Positions 27,925-38,582 of a stretch of 54,650 nt of DNA are shown in pieces. A program made the translations under genes and the position numbers. The notes under the pieces were generated by a model. The model saw only the letters and a program-made list of their open reading frames with translations. It was not told where the DNA came from and searched no databases. The DNA comes from a candidate division WOR-3 bacterium (lineage in GTDB: Bacteria > Hydrothermota > Hydrothermia > B15-G9 > WFZT01): positions 1-54,650 of the forward strand of contig JALUEE010000021.1 of NCBI GenBank assembly GCA_027053075.1, written 5' to 3'. The first letter of the stretch is position 1, and the number at the start of each line of letters is the position of its first letter.

Positions 27925-28752
27925 CTAAAAGGTGTGGAATCTATAGAGGATTGTCGTTGAAATTATGGGGTTTGACTGGCTCTCACCGGTTAGAAAATAC
28001 GGTGCAGACCGCACCACATCTGGACTCAGGGTAAAGCTTACAAGAAAGTCCTGATATTGAAGATTTACACCAAGCCTTTTATTGATTTTTGTACCCCCAT
28101 CGGATACATAATCTCCGGACAATTTGAAATATAGCCAATCTGTGACCGGGAAATACGCACCAAGGGTTATAAATTTACTCGTATTTCCGTTAATTCTCGT
28201 GGCCCCTATCCCGGCGAAAAATATGCGATTTTGTGTTGGGGCTATCATGAAACTCAAAAGTGAATAGAACCTCTTTTTCTCACCACTTGCGAAAAACCCA
28301 AGAATTTTCTGCTCGGTTAGTTCCTTTGTTGCTCTCAAGTTGACGTTTTTTAGCTCCTTTTCGGAAATATCGATAAATGATGAGACATCAAATCTTGCGA
28401 AGGGTGTAACGTGAGAAACAGAAGGAATGGCCATCTTGTCCGTGGGGTTCCACCGAACCCTCAACCCTGCATCCCAGAAACTTTTTGAAAAAGCAGCCGT
28501 GAAATTGGCGCTGCTGTCATTGAGATACACGGCAAATCCAAGCTTTTCGCTCCATTTGTACAGTATGCCCACCGGGTCTATGTATTCTCCTGTGGAAAAT
28601 GTTATGAAGTTTGAAAAGCCATTAACTGTTGCCGGGAAAACATTCAGCGCTTCAAAACTATTCAGAAAGACTTTAGAAGGGCCCAGAGCTCCATACGGCT
28701 GGGCGAATAAAAAAATGGGGAGTAAGACGAAGGTTCCAAAGAGTTTCTTCAT
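27925..28752 (-). CDS. Exported hypothetical protein, possibly an outer-membrane beta-barrel
   Basis: Signal peptide MKKLFGTFVLLPIFLFA; alternating aromatic strands; C-terminal Phe. Confidence 0.55.
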   Translation of the reverse strand: MKKLFGTFVLLPIFLFAQPYGALGPSKVFLNSFEALNVFPATVNGFSNFITFSTGEYIDPVGILYKWSEKLGFAVYLNDSSANFTAAFSKSFWDAGLRVRWNPTDKMAIPSVSHVTPFARFDVSSFIDISEKELKNVNLRATKELTEQKILGFFASGEKKRFYSLLSFMIAPTQNRIFFAGIGATRINGNTSKFITLGAYFPVTDWLYFKLSGDYVSDGGTKINKRLGVNLQYQDFLVSFTLSPDVVRSAPYFLTGESQSNPIISTTILYRFHTF

Positions 28753-28767
28753 CTACTCCCCCAACCC

Positions 28768-29352
28768 TTATAGGCTTGCAAAAAGCGTAATGTAGTAGTT
28801 GTAGTCGGTCACAACGATCATGAAGGAGTTAGTATGCACACCCTCAGCTGTCACGTAGATGTAAAACTGGCCATCACCCTCGATTATCTGACTGACAAAG
28901 AACTGCATCAAACCTGTCATATTGAAGAAACTGGACCAGTTGGAACCATTAACCACAATAGTATCATTGCCTGGAATTGTGATTGATCCGATTTCGGTAG
29001 CGCTATCAGCCACGTTATCCCTCGTCAAAGTTGAATCGTCGGAGAAATAAACGTGGAATGTAGCAGTATCAGAACTTAGGTTTATGAGTAAAGCCCTGGC
29101 AGAATCGGGTCTCAAGCTGTCTATATTTCCAACGTACTGCTGCCAGTTATTTACAATACTATCCATGACGATGTGTCTCTTAAGGAATCCTGAATCAGGT
29201 GTCATAACACCTATGGCTGTCCCCTCAAGAGTCGTACTATCTATGACAGGTATAGTTGCCGGTACTGAAACGGGGAGCTTAATCTCTGTACATCCCCAGA
29301 AAAGGGCACCTGCAACGATAGCTGTAATGCCTATTTTTAACAAACTCTTCAT
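28768..29352 (-). CDS. Hypothetical lipoprotein
   Basis: Lipobox-like LFWGC after a hydrophobic stretch; AGGAGG SD. Confidence 0.65.
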   Translation of the reverse strand: MKSLLKIGITAIVAGALFWGCTEIKLPVSVPATIPVIDSTTLEGTAIGVMTPDSGFLKRHIVMDSIVNNWQQYVGNIDSLRPDSARALLINLSSDTATFHVYFSDDSTLTRDNVADSATEIGSITIPGNDTIVVNGSNWSSFFNMTGLMQFFVSQIIEGDGQFYIYVTAEGVHTNSFMIVVTDYNYYITLFASL

Positions 29353-29415
29353 GCTATCAGCCTCCTTTAAAATTGCGATGAAATAATAAGGTCAAATCTC
29401 GTTTAAATCAATCAA

Positions 29416-30291
29416 TTAGCGGGGAAGCATTACTTTTACTGAATGTGGGACAACCTCGATATCAACAGGGAGTTTCCCCATAGGCTCTGAATCAACATGA
29501 AAGTAGGTGTCCCCCTTGATACTCACTTTTTTTGCCTTCATCAGCAGAACATCAGACCATTTGTAGTGATTACTGTTTAAAATTGACCAGACATAACGCA
29601 GGTCGTCAAAAAATCCAGTCCTCGTAAATATACACACGTCAAGCAAACCATCAAAAATTGAGGCTTTTGGTGCAATTTTTAGTTTTCCCCCATAGATGGA
29701 AACATTGTTTACCATCACCTGATAGCCGTAATATTTCTTTCCATCCACAATGATTTCCATTTTCACAGGCTTGTACCTGGTGAAGTAGTAGTACATCCCT
29801 GTAAAAAGATAGCTCAGGCGTCCGAGAACCCATTTTAATTTGAAGGGGAAGTTATTGACTGCTACACCATCAAGGCCGGCCCCTACCATCAGCACAAAAT
29901 ACCTGCCATTTGCTTTCCCCACATCAATGTATCTGGGTCTTCCCTCGAGAAGGACATCAATAGCATCAAAAGGGTCTCTTGGAATCCCCACCTCAAGGGC
30001 AAATACATTGGTAATTCCAAAAGGGATTAAACCCACGGTGATATTGCTTCCAATCACCCCGTTTATTACTTCGTTTAAAGTGCCATCACCGCCCACAGCG
30101 ACAACCATGTCCATCCCTTGCTCCACTGCCTCGCGGGCGAGACGAGTAGCATCAAGGGGGGCAGTGGTGCGAACCAGTTCCACCTGATTTTCACCGTTCT
30201 TTTCAAGCTTTTTAATGCCAAGCTCAAAGAAAAGGGCGTAAGCACTTTTTGCCTTTTTAGACATGGGATTGTAGATCAGCCTGATTCTCAT
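29416..30291 (-). CDS. Diacylglycerol/lipid kinase (YegS/DgkB family)
   Basis: YNP, GGDGTLNEVING, P.G..N.FA and DGLLDV motifs. Confidence 0.9.
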   Translation of the reverse strand: MRIRLIYNPMSKKAKSAYALFFELGIKKLEKNGENQVELVRTTAPLDATRLAREAVEQGMDMVVAVGGDGTLNEVINGVIGSNITVGLIPFGITNVFALEVGIPRDPFDAIDVLLEGRPRYIDVGKANGRYFVLMVGAGLDGVAVNNFPFKLKWVLGRLSYLFTGMYYYFTRYKPVKMEIIVDGKKYYGYQVMVNNVSIYGGKLKIAPKASIFDGLLDVCIFTRTGFFDDLRYVWSILNSNHYKWSDVLLMKAKKVSIKGDTYFHVDSEPMGKLPVDIEVVPHSVKVMLPR

Positions 30292-31250
30292 TGCTTCACA
30301 TAATACATGATACCGTCTTTTTCTTCAATGGACACCTTCCCCTCAACAAGAAGCAGGTCGAGGTGTCCCTGGGTCTCTGAGAGGGCAAGAAAGCGCTGAT
30401 TGTCGGGCAAATCTGGAAAGATAGATTTGCAGATTTCATAAAGTGTCATCGGTTTACTTTTCATTGCTTTGTAAACCGTCTTTTTCCTGTTCATGTAATG
30501 CTTGATGCGGGTTGTTATAACCTTCTTATAGTTTATGAATGGTTCCCCATGCCCGGGATAGACTTCTTCAATTCCCTTGATTTCAAGCGTCCTCTCTAGG
30601 GATTCAATATACATGGGGAGGCTCATAGGCCTTTCACTCTCCTCAGGCAGAGGAGGCTCAATAACGGGATTAGATGTGATATCCAGTAGAAGATGGTCCC
30701 CGGAAATAAATCTATCCTCTACTTTGAGGCTAATGTGCCCTGTGGCATGACCTGGAGTGTAGATTATTTCAATTTCTTTAGTGCCCACCATAAAAAGACT
30801 GTCCTTTTCCACATAACAATCAACCGAGGTGGAGATAGAATGCTCCTTGAAAAAATTCCAGTAAATATTCATCTTCTGGATTATTTCGTCGGGCACCCCG
30901 TTCTTTTTCCAGAAATTGAAGAAATAATTCCGTTGCCTTTCCCATTCTCCCTTATAATCTGTGAGCCAGTACATGTTTCTCACATGAGTGCAAATCCTCG
31001 CTCCAGACTGCTCTTTTATCCATCCCGCAAGTCCCATGTGGTCCTGATGGGCATGAGTAACTATGATAAACTGCATATCTTCTATCGAAAGACCGAGATT
31101 CTGGAAATTCTTTTCAAGGGATTGACGGGCCTCAGGGGTGTTTGGCCCTGTGTCTACAAGAACATTGACGTCCCCTGCACGAATCAGGTACAAATTGACC
31201 GGACCAACTGGATATGGGGTTGGAACCTTAAAACTTAAAATATCAACCAT
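30288..31250 (-). CDS. MBL-fold metallo-hydrolase with C-terminal wHTH
   Basis: THAHQDH, TPGHATGH, SGD and PGHG motifs. Confidence 0.9.
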   Translation of the reverse strand: MVDILSFKVPTPYPVGPVNLYLIRAGDVNVLVDTGPNTPEARQSLEKNFQNLGLSIEDMQFIIVTHAHQDHMGLAGWIKEQSGARICTHVRNMYWLTDYKGEWERQRNYFFNFWKKNGVPDEIIQKMNIYWNFFKEHSISTSVDCYVEKDSLFMVGTKEIEIIYTPGHATGHISLKVEDRFISGDHLLLDITSNPVIEPPLPEESERPMSLPMYIESLERTLEIKGIEEVYPGHGEPFINYKKVITTRIKHYMNRKKTVYKAMKSKPMTLYEICKSIFPDLPDNQRFLALSETQGHLDLLLVEGKVSIEEKDGIMYYVKQ

Positions 31251-31355
31251 GAGTCTAAAGTTTAATTCCCCCCGATAGTAACATCAATGAGAGGATTGGT
31301 TGTTAAAACCCGTTCCTCTCTTGATAAGGAGTCTATGCGGGATTAAAATCCACCT

Positions 31356-32462
31356 ATGTTTATAATTGGCTTGATGTCTGGTACTTCCGCGGATGGTGTT
31401 GATGCCGCACTGGCAGAGATAAAGAACGGCAAATTTACCCTGATCAAACACCATTTCAGACCTTACACCGACGAAATAAGAAAAATGATTCTCGATGCCA
31501 TGGATAATGAGACATCCTCAGTTTCATTGATTTGCCAGCTAAATTTCATCCTCGGTGAGGAGTTTGCACAGGCAGCCCGGGAGATTTCAGAGTTTACCCG
31601 CATCAAGCCCGACCTCGTTGCCTCGCATGGTCAGACCATCTATCACATCCCGAGACCTGATCCTAAAAGGGGCTGGCATACCCGCTCCACCTTACAGATC
31701 GGTGAAGCTGCCGTGATTGCGGAAAAAATTGGGGCTCCTGTTATCTCCGATTTCAGGGTAAGAGATGTGGCAGCAGGTGGTGAAGGGGCTCCACTTGTCC
31801 CATTTGCCGATTTTATTCTTTTCAAACACCCTGAAAAATCCCGTTCAATTCATAACATTGGTGGAATTTCAAATCTGACTTACATCCCCCAAAATGCGAA
31901 AAAGGAAGAAGTTATTGCATTCGATACCGGCCCGGGGAATGCACTCATTGACCTGGTGGTTCAAGAATATTTCAACATGCCCTACGACAGAAACGGCGAA
32001 ATAGCAGCATCTGGCGAAGTTCATCACGATGTGGTTGAAAAGCTTTTGCGTCATCCATACTTTGAGATGCCACCTCCAAAATCCACGGGACGTGAGGTTT
32101 TCAACAGAGATTTTATTTCCTGGATCAAGCTGCCACTCCGAGACCTTGTTGCCACTCTGACATACTTTACTGCCAAAAGCATTGCCCTCTCTTATGAGGA
32201 ATTTATCCTGCCTCACGGTCTGGATGAAATTTTGGTTGCAGGTGGTGGGGCATACAACAAAACCCTGATAAAATGGCTCAAAGAGCTCCTTAAAGGAGTC
32301 AAAGTGCTGACCTTCGAAGAGGCCGGACTAAATTCAAAGGCGCGTGAGGCTATGGCCTTTGCCGTTCTCGGTTACTTCGCTTTTAAGAAAATTCCCAACA
32401 ATCTGCCGCAGGTAACGGGCGCTGCCCACCCTGTAATTATGGGAAAGCTAACCCTACCCTGA
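31356..32462 (+). CDS. anmK: Anhydro-N-acetylmuramic acid kinase
   Basis: GLMSGTSADGVD, HGQT, GGEGAPL, NIGGISN, FDTGPGN and KSTGRE motifs. Confidence 0.95.
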   Translation: MFIIGLMSGTSADGVDAALAEIKNGKFTLIKHHFRPYTDEIRKMILDAMDNETSSVSLICQLNFILGEEFAQAAREISEFTRIKPDLVASHGQTIYHIPRPDPKRGWHTRSTLQIGEAAVIAEKIGAPVISDFRVRDVAAGGEGAPLVPFADFILFKHPEKSRSIHNIGGISNLTYIPQNAKKEEVIAFDTGPGNALIDLVVQEYFNMPYDRNGEIAASGEVHHDVVEKLLRHPYFEMPPPKSTGREVFNRDFISWIKLPLRDLVATLTYFTAKSIALSYEEFILPHGLDEILVAGGGAYNKTLIKWLKELLKGVKVLTFEEAGLNSKAREAMAFAVLGYFAFKKIPNNLPQVTGAAHPVIMGKLTLP

Positions 32463-33839
32463 GCGATTCACAATGTGGATTGCTTTGCCGTGGATAAATT
32501 CTGCCGCTTCCATTATGGCCTCTGAAATTGTTGGGTGCGGGTGTATGGTGAATCCCACATCAAATGATGTCGCATCCATTTCAATGGCAAATGCAAGCTC
32601 GCTTATAAGCTCACCTGCATGGGGTGCAACTATCCCTGCTCCAAGAATAGTATCAGTACCCATGTCCACAATTATTTTTACAAATCCGTCATACTCCATC
32701 ATTCCGATTGCCCTTCCATTGGCTGCAAGGGGGAAACGGCCCACAACTATACCAAATCCACGACTCCTTGCTTCCCTCTCTGATAAACCAACGGTCGCGA
32801 TCTCCGGCATTGTATAGACCACACCTGGGATGACCCTATTCACAAACGATGAATCTTCTCCAGCGGCTTTTTCGGCCGCAATTATCCCTTCCCTGTGTGC
32901 CTTATGGGCAAGCATGGGCATTCTTGCTACATCACCAATGGCAAAGATTCCCGGAACAATGGTCTCCAGAGTCTCGTTGACTTTAATGAATCCACGCTCG
33001 TCTGTTTCGATCCCGGCAGTTTCAAGACCTAAGTTTTGTGAGTTTGGCCTTCTACCCACGGAGAGGAGAATTTTATCCACCTCAAATGTCTTCTCTTCTC
33101 CCTTTATCAAGGTTTTTACGCGAACAGGTCCTGTTCCCTCGTATCCTATGGCCTTTGAGGAGGTGTAAATTTCAACACCCATTGCTTTGAGGTTTTTCTC
33201 AACCACTTTTACAAGGTCCCGGTCAATCCCCGGCAGTATTTGCTCCATGAGCTCGACCACGATGACCTTTGTCCCAAGTCTTGAATAGATTGTTGCAACC
33301 TCAAGGCCAATGACTCCACCACCGATTACAAGCATCCTCTCAGGGATTTCGCGTATATTCAGGGCCTCACTGGATGAAATTACAGGACCACCAAATTTGA
33401 AGCCGGGAATTTCGATGGGACTCGAGCCTGTTGCAATTATCGCGTTTCTGAATTTAATCTCCTCGTCATTCACAATAATACGGTCTCTACCGACAAATTT
33501 TGCCTCACCATTTATCCACTCAACTCCGTTGTGTTTAAAGAGGAATTCAACCCCTTTTACCAGTCTATCAACCACAGAGGCTTTCCAGGAATTTAGCTTT
33601 TCAACGTCCACTCTTGGCTCTTCAAAATATATCCCGGCATTGCGGAATTTTCTGGCCGTGTGTATGGTTTCAGTGGCACTCAGAAGTGCTTTAGTGGGAA
33701 TACACCCTTCATTTAGGCAGACACCACCGAGACGTTTTTTCTCAATAACGAGAACCTCCCGCATTAGCTGGCCGAGCCTGATGCCAGCAACGTACCCACC
33801 GGGCCCTCCACCAATAACAACATTCTCAACCTCAATCAT
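32454..33839 (-). CDS. lpdA: Dihydrolipoyl dehydrogenase
   Basis: GGGPGG, GGVCLNEGCIPTK and HPHPTISE motifs; start at ATG 33839 with GGAGAGG SD. Confidence 0.93.
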   Translation of the reverse strand: MIEVENVVIGGGPGGYVAGIRLGQLMREVLVIEKKRLGGVCLNEGCIPTKALLSATETIHTARKFRNAGIYFEEPRVDVEKLNSWKASVVDRLVKGVEFLFKHNGVEWINGEAKFVGRDRIIVNDEEIKFRNAIIATGSSPIEIPGFKFGGPVISSSEALNIREIPERMLVIGGGVIGLEVATIYSRLGTKVIVVELMEQILPGIDRDLVKVVEKNLKAMGVEIYTSSKAIGYEGTGPVRVKTLIKGEEKTFEVDKILLSVGRRPNSQNLGLETAGIETDERGFIKVNETLETIVPGIFAIGDVARMPMLAHKAHREGIIAAEKAAGEDSSFVNRVIPGVVYTMPEIATVGLSEREARSRGFGIVVGRFPLAANGRAIGMMEYDGFVKIIVDMGTDTILGAGIVAPHAGELISELAFAIEMDATSFDVGFTIHPHPTISEAIMEAAEFIHGKAIHIVNRSG

Positions 33840-33939
33840 TATTCCTCTCCTTTTTTGAAAAATTTTAACGCACTTAATTATACAACTAAGTTGGGGACTC
33901 AAACTATCGGAATGGGAAATTTATTTAATCTTTCTTAAG

Positions 33940-34235
33940 CGAAATGCCCCCTCCCGTCACCCTCCCCCACTTGCTCCGCAAGTGGGGGAGGGAAGGTGCT
34001 GCGTGCTTCCGGCCCACGAGCTTCGCTTGTTAAGAAGTGGTGGTGCGTACACTACATTGTGTATGATCACTTCCACAAGATTTTCCTCTCCCCCGCATAA
34101 ATACTTGCGGGTAGAGGAATGAGGTGAGGGGTAACAACTTAAATTCAATTATTTGCGAAATGTCTCACCGCTTGCGAAGAAAGTGGGAAAAGGATGCTAT
34201 GATGAGTTCCCACTTATAACTTCGTTTGTGTGGAT
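33940..34235. repeat. Cluster of REP-like GC hairpins
   Basis: CCCTCCCCCACTTGC-TCC-GCAAGTGGGGGAGGG (33960-33992); second hairpin at 34083-34119; degenerate repeat unit starting GCGAAATG at ~33939 and ~34155. Confidence 0.7.
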
Positions 34236-34285
34236 TTTTGGGAAAAATTCGCTTGGAGAAGTAAAGGATTATCCTGATGAGATGT

Positions 34286-34570
34286 TTATTTCTTAAAAAT
34301 CTGGTTGTGTGTGCCTATTCTCAAAAGGTGTATGGATATTTTACCATCTGGTTCCAGTACTCTTCGATAAAGGACGATAATATCTCCACCTAAATGAAAG
34401 TCCCGCACATCTTTAAAGTCCCCCTTCAAAGAATGGTCTCTTGCTTCTTTAGGTAATTCTTTACCTTCAAGAAGCAAGCTTAAAAATTTTACAAATTTTT
34501 CAAATTGTTTGTCGCTGAGCTTCAGGTTGGCGAGGTCTTTTTTAAATTGCTTGTGCCTTTTTAGTCCCAC
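34286..34570 (-). CDS. yafQ: YafQ/RelE-family mRNA interferase toxin
   Basis: QFKKD, DHSLKG, RDFH and LLRIGTH motifs. Confidence 0.88.
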   Translation of the reverse strand: MGLKRHKQFKKDLANLKLSDKQFEKFVKFLSLLLEGKELPKEARDHSLKGDFKDVRDFHLGGDIIVLYRRVLEPDGKISIHLLRIGTHNQIFKK

Positions 34571-34820
34571 TTTTTACTGCCTTTCTGAGGTCTTCTATTG
34601 TAACCTCCTCCATATTGATGCCTTTCCTTGAGTCTTCTATCGTTTTCAAAGTAACATCATCAGGTAACTCTATGGAGAAAGGGATTCCTCTTTCATAAAC
34701 AACCTGAGCAAGAAAGATATTTATGGCATCGCTAAGTGTTAGACCATATTTCTTGAAAATCTCTTTTGCCTGAATTTTGAGGTTTTTGTCAACATAAACA
34801 TTTGTTCTAACTTTGCCCAT
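34542..34820 (-). CDS. RelB/DinJ-family antitoxin
   Basis: RHH-type N-terminus and GLTLSDAINIFL...GIPF; upstream of and overlapping the toxin. Confidence 0.88.
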   Translation of the reverse strand: MGKVRTNVYVDKNLKIQAKEIFKKYGLTLSDAINIFLAQVVYERGIPFSIELPDDVTLKTIEDSRKGINMEEVTIEDLRKAVKSGTKKAQAI

Positions 34821-34968
34821 TCAAATCACCTCCACACAATAATTAACACAAAGTTTGCGTTTTATCAAGCGTATCCCTTTTGACCAAGTATTATCTATGC
34901 ACCACAAACATTTTTCGGAGAGAATTGTCCCCTTCACTTGCCTCTTACAAGACATTAAAATAGTGCCA

Positions 34969-36318
34969 ATGTTTAAGAGAGTTCTTGTTGCCAATCGAGG
35001 TGAAATAGCAGTCAGAATTATTTACGCTCTAAAAGAGCTGGGAATTGAATCTGTTACAGTTTATTCTGAAGCGGACAAGGATGCCCTTCACGTCCAACTC
35101 GCAGACTATGCCATCTGCATTGGCCCACCACAGCCCAAGCAGAGTTACCTGAACTTCACGAACATCATCAGTGCTGCCATTGCTACAGGTTCAGATGCAA
35201 TTCATCCCGGTTATGGTTTTCTTGCCGAGAATCCTGAATTTGCCGAGGCGGTTGAGGCAAGCGGCCTCAAATTCATCGGTCCCACCTCTGAAACAATCAG
35301 GCTCATGGGAGACAAGATTGAAGCCAAAAAGATCATGAAAGAGGCCGGAGTGCCCGTTTTGCCCGGTACAGATGAGGCCATCAGTGATTATAACGAGGCC
35401 GTTGAGGTTGTGAAAGAGATAGGATTTCCAGTGATAATTAAGGCCGCCGCCGGAGGCGGCGGCCGTGGCATGCGCGTCGTCCACAATGAGAATGAACTCG
35501 AAAATGCCTTCCAGCTCGCGCGATCAGAGGCAGAGGCCGCATTCAACGACCCACGTGTTTATATCGAAAAATACATTGCAAGACCCCGCCATATCGAGAT
35601 TCAGGTACTGGCAGATGAGCATGGCAATGCAATTCATCTTGGTGAAAGGGAGTGCTCCATCCAGAGGAGACACCAGAAATTGATCGAAGAGTCCCCGTCT
35701 CCGGTAGTGGATGAAAAAATCCGAGAAAGGATGGGAGAAATCGCTGTAAGAGGTGTTAAAAAGATCAATTACCATTCTGCCGGCACCCTCGAATTCCTTA
35801 TGGATGAGGATGGAAACTTTTACTTTATGGAGATGAACACACGAATTCAGGTTGAGCATCCTGTGACAGAGATGGTAACAGGACTCGACCTCGTAAAAAG
35901 GCAGATACTGATCGCGGCTGGTGAAAAGCTTGAGCTCAAGCAGGAAGATATTGAGATAAAGGGTCATGCTATTGAAACCCGAATAAATGCTGAAGACCCG
36001 GATAGGGGATTCAGGCCATCACCGGGCAAGATTGAGCTTCTGCACTTCCCCGGCGGCCCAGGGGTAAGGGTTGACTCCTACGTTTATCAGGGATATACCA
36101 TTCCACCCTATTACGATTCTCTTATTGGAAAACTCATCGTAAAAGGTATGGACCGCGAGGAGGCGGTTTCCCGTCTCAAACGTGCCCTTGAAGAAGTTGT
36201 TATCGAAGGAATTATTACCACAGTGCCGTTCTATCAGGAGTTGATTGAGCATCCGGATTTTGTATCCGGAAACATTGATACTGGATTTATAGAAAGATTC
36301 CTCAAAGATAGGGGGTAA
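34969..36318 (+). CDS. accC: Biotin carboxylase
   Basis: [42 protein letters not shown] and YDS motifs. Confidence 0.95.
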   Translation: MFKRVLVANRGEIAVRIIYALKELGIESVTVYSEADKDALHVQLADYAICIGPPQPKQSYLNFTNIISAAIATGSDAIHPGYGFLAENPEFAEAVEASGLKFIGPTSETIRLMGDKIEAKKIMKEAGVPVLPGTDEAISDYNEAVEVVKEIGFPVIIKAAAGGGGRGMRVVHNENELENAFQLARSEAEAAFNDPRVYIEKYIARPRHIEIQVLADEHGNAIHLGERECSIQRRHQKLIEESPSPVVDEKIRERMGEIAVRGVKKINYHSAGTLEFLMDEDGNFYFMEMNTRIQVEHPVTEMVTGLDLVKRQILIAAGEKLELKQEDIEIKGHAIETRINAEDPDRGFRPSPGKIELLHFPGGPGVRVDSYVYQGYTIPPYYDSLIGKLIVKGMDREEAVSRLKRALEEVVIEGIITTVPFYQELIEHPDFVSGNIDTGFIERFLKDRG

Positions 36319-36320
36319 AA

Positions 36321-37073
36321 TTGAAGACCCTCCTTGACCTCGCCTACAGAATCGGTGACATCACGGAGTTTTTCATCTCGATCATTGTATCCTTCAGAGA
36401 GTTTGGAAAGATTTTGAAAAGGTTCCCCTATGATTTTTATTCACTGGGGGTTGGCTCGCTTCCCATCGTAGTTTTGACATCTGCATTCACCGGCATGGTG
36501 AGTTCTGTCCAGATCGCCTATCAGATCCGGGATTATGCGCCCCTTGACCTTCTTGGCGCGGGCGTTTCCAAGATGGTGATGGTGGAGCTCGGCCCTGTGC
36601 TCACAGCACTTGTGGTGGCCGGCAGGGTGGGAGCCGGCATCGCTGCTGAGCTTGGAACAATGAGGGTCACCGAGCAGATTGATGCACTCGAATTTATGGC
36701 AATTGACCCCATCAGGTTTCTTGTTACCCCGAAGATTCTCACTGGCCTGATTGCACTTCCCATTCTCACCATTTTTGCCGATTTTATTGCTATTCTTGGC
36801 GGCGCATTTGTTTCGAAGGTTGTCATGCAGGTGAATTACTCCGTGTTCTTTCAGTGGATAAAAACCTTGTTCGTGCCCCTTGATCTCTTTGGCGGACTGG
36901 CTAAATCGGTAGTTTTTGGATTTCTAATCTCATTTATCGGCTCTTACACAGGATTTTCCACCGGAGGGGGCGCTGTAGGAGTGGGTAAATCCACGACTAA
37001 AGCAGTAGTGTATTCATCCATTTTCATCCTCATTGCAGACTATTTCCTCGGTGTCTGGATATTTGGGAAATGA
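36321..37073 (+). CDS. mlaE: MlaE family ABC permease
   Basis: ELGPVLTA and AELGTMRVTEQIDAL motifs. Confidence 0.92.
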   Translation: MKTLLDLAYRIGDITEFFISIIVSFREFGKILKRFPYDFYSLGVGSLPIVVLTSAFTGMVSSVQIAYQIRDYAPLDLLGAGVSKMVMVELGPVLTALVVAGRVGAGIAAELGTMRVTEQIDALEFMAIDPIRFLVTPKILTGLIALPILTIFADFIAILGGAFVSKVVMQVNYSVFFQWIKTLFVPLDLFGGLAKSVVFGFLISFIGSYTGFSTGGGAVGVGKSTTKAVVYSSIFILIADYFLGVWIFGK

Positions 37074-37798
37074 TAAGGATTGTTGACCTTTATAAGAGTT
37101 TCAACGGTAAGCCCGTTCTTAAGGGCATCAATCTGGAAATCAGGGACGGGGAAACGCTTGTAATCCTCGGCATGAGCGGCACTGGCAAGTCTGTTTTGCT
37201 TAAGCACATAATGAGACTGTTTAAACCCGACCGGGGTGAGATTTATATCGACGGAATTGAGGTAACAGGTTTGCCCAAGAAGAAGGTTTATGAGATCAGA
37301 AAGTTGTTCGGATACGTCTTTCAGGAGCCTGCGCTTTTTGATTCCATGACAGTTTATGAAAATGTAGCATTGCCCCTTAAAGAGCACGGATTACCTGTAG
37401 AGGAGATAGAGAAAAAGGTTGGCTGGGCCCTGCAGATGGTTGCTCTTGATGGTGTAGAGGACAAATTCCCCGACGAGCTTTCCGGTGGAATGCGAAAGAG
37501 GGTTGGAGTTGCAAGGGCCATTGTCCAGATGCCCAAGTATCTCATCTATGACGAGCCCACCACAGGGCTTGATCCTGTAACAGCAGATAGAATCAACGAT
37601 TTAATGATTTTCTTGAATGATGAGCTTAAAATTACAAGCATAGTTGTAACCCATGACATCCGCTCCGCTCTCAAAATTGCAGACAGGCTCGTCTTGATGC
37701 ACGAAGGAAAGATTGTTGTTGACACCCCGGTTGAAAAAATCCGTGAGGCGGAGCACCCTGTTTTGAAAGAATTCTTAAAGACAGTGGAAGGAGCATAA
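37070..37798 (+). CDS. mlaF: MlaF/Mkl family ABC ATPase
   Basis: GMSGTGKS, LSGGMRKRV and YDEPTTGLDP motifs. Confidence 0.9.
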   Translation: MIRIVDLYKSFNGKPVLKGINLEIRDGETLVILGMSGTGKSVLLKHIMRLFKPDRGEIYIDGIEVTGLPKKKVYEIRKLFGYVFQEPALFDSMTVYENVALPLKEHGLPVEEIEKKVGWALQMVALDGVEDKFPDELSGGMRKRVGVARAIVQMPKYLIYDEPTTGLDPVTADRINDLMIFLNDELKITSIVVTHDIRSALKIADRLVLMHEGKIVVDTPVEKIREAEHPVLKEFLKTVEGA

Positions 37799-38568
37799 TG
37801 AAAGAGATAATCGGAGTCATACATCTAAAACCTTTACCGGGCAGTCCAAGGGCATGGGAGAGGTTTGAGGATATCCTTAACTTTGCCCTCAACGACGCAG
37901 AAAACTATCTCAAAGGTGGAATTGATACCGTGATTGTAGAAAACTTCGGGGACGCTCCATTTTCATGTGGAGCCGTTGATCCCCACACTGTTGCCTACAT
38001 AACCCATGCCATTTTGAAGATTAAAGAAAAATTCCCTGAGCTGAAGATTGGTGTAAATGTTTTAAGAAACGATGGTAAAGCAGCTATTGGCATTGCTGCT
38101 GCCACAGGTGCGGGATTTGTAAGGATCAATGTTCTTACTTATGCCATGGTGACTGACTGTGGAATCATTGAGGGTGATGCCCGTGAAATTAACATGTACA
38201 GAAAATTGCTTAATCCAGAAATCAAGATCTATGCTGACATCCTTGTGAAGCATGCGTTCCCTTTGAATGAATACAATCCGGTTCAGGTGGCAAAGGACAC
38301 TGCACTCCGTGGGGGAGCAGATGCAATTATTCTTACAGGTGAGTCAACAGGGGCAACGGCGGATGTGGAACTGCTGCACATCCTGAAGGAAGAGCTCAGG
38401 AATACGCGAATTTTAATCGGCAGTGGGGTGAGCATAGAAAATATCGTGGAATATAAAGAGGCTGATGGATTTATCATTGGAACATCACTTAAAAAGTACA
38501 GTCTTGTGGATAATCCTGTCGATCCCGGCAGAGTTAAGCAAATTGTTGAGGCAATAAAATCGTTGTAA
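37798..38568 (+). CDS. BtpA/SgcQ family protein
   Basis: IGVIHLKPLPGSP, VENFGD.PF, GVNVLRND and VKH motifs. Confidence 0.9.
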   Translation: MKEIIGVIHLKPLPGSPRAWERFEDILNFALNDAENYLKGGIDTVIVENFGDAPFSCGAVDPHTVAYITHAILKIKEKFPELKIGVNVLRNDGKAAIGIAAATGAGFVRINVLTYAMVTDCGIIEGDAREINMYRKLLNPEIKIYADILVKHAFPLNEYNPVQVAKDTALRGGADAIILTGESTGATADVELLHILKEELRNTRILIGSGVSIENIVEYKEADGFIIGTSLKKYSLVDNPVDPGRVKQIVEAIKSL

Positions 38569-38582
38569 ACGGAGAGCTTGCC

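Noticed and set aside
33940..34235. CRISPR array or structured ncRNA
   Set aside because: There are no identical, regularly spaced repeats with unique spacers and no cas genes. The hairpins match the dispersed REP-like family.
34855..34968. N-terminal extensions in the ORF track for accC (and similarly lpdA, dppA, MFS, UPF0158, mbsB, mbsD, ABC permease)
   Set aside because: Family homology starts at downstream Met codons that have either an SD or a -10 box at leaderless spacing.
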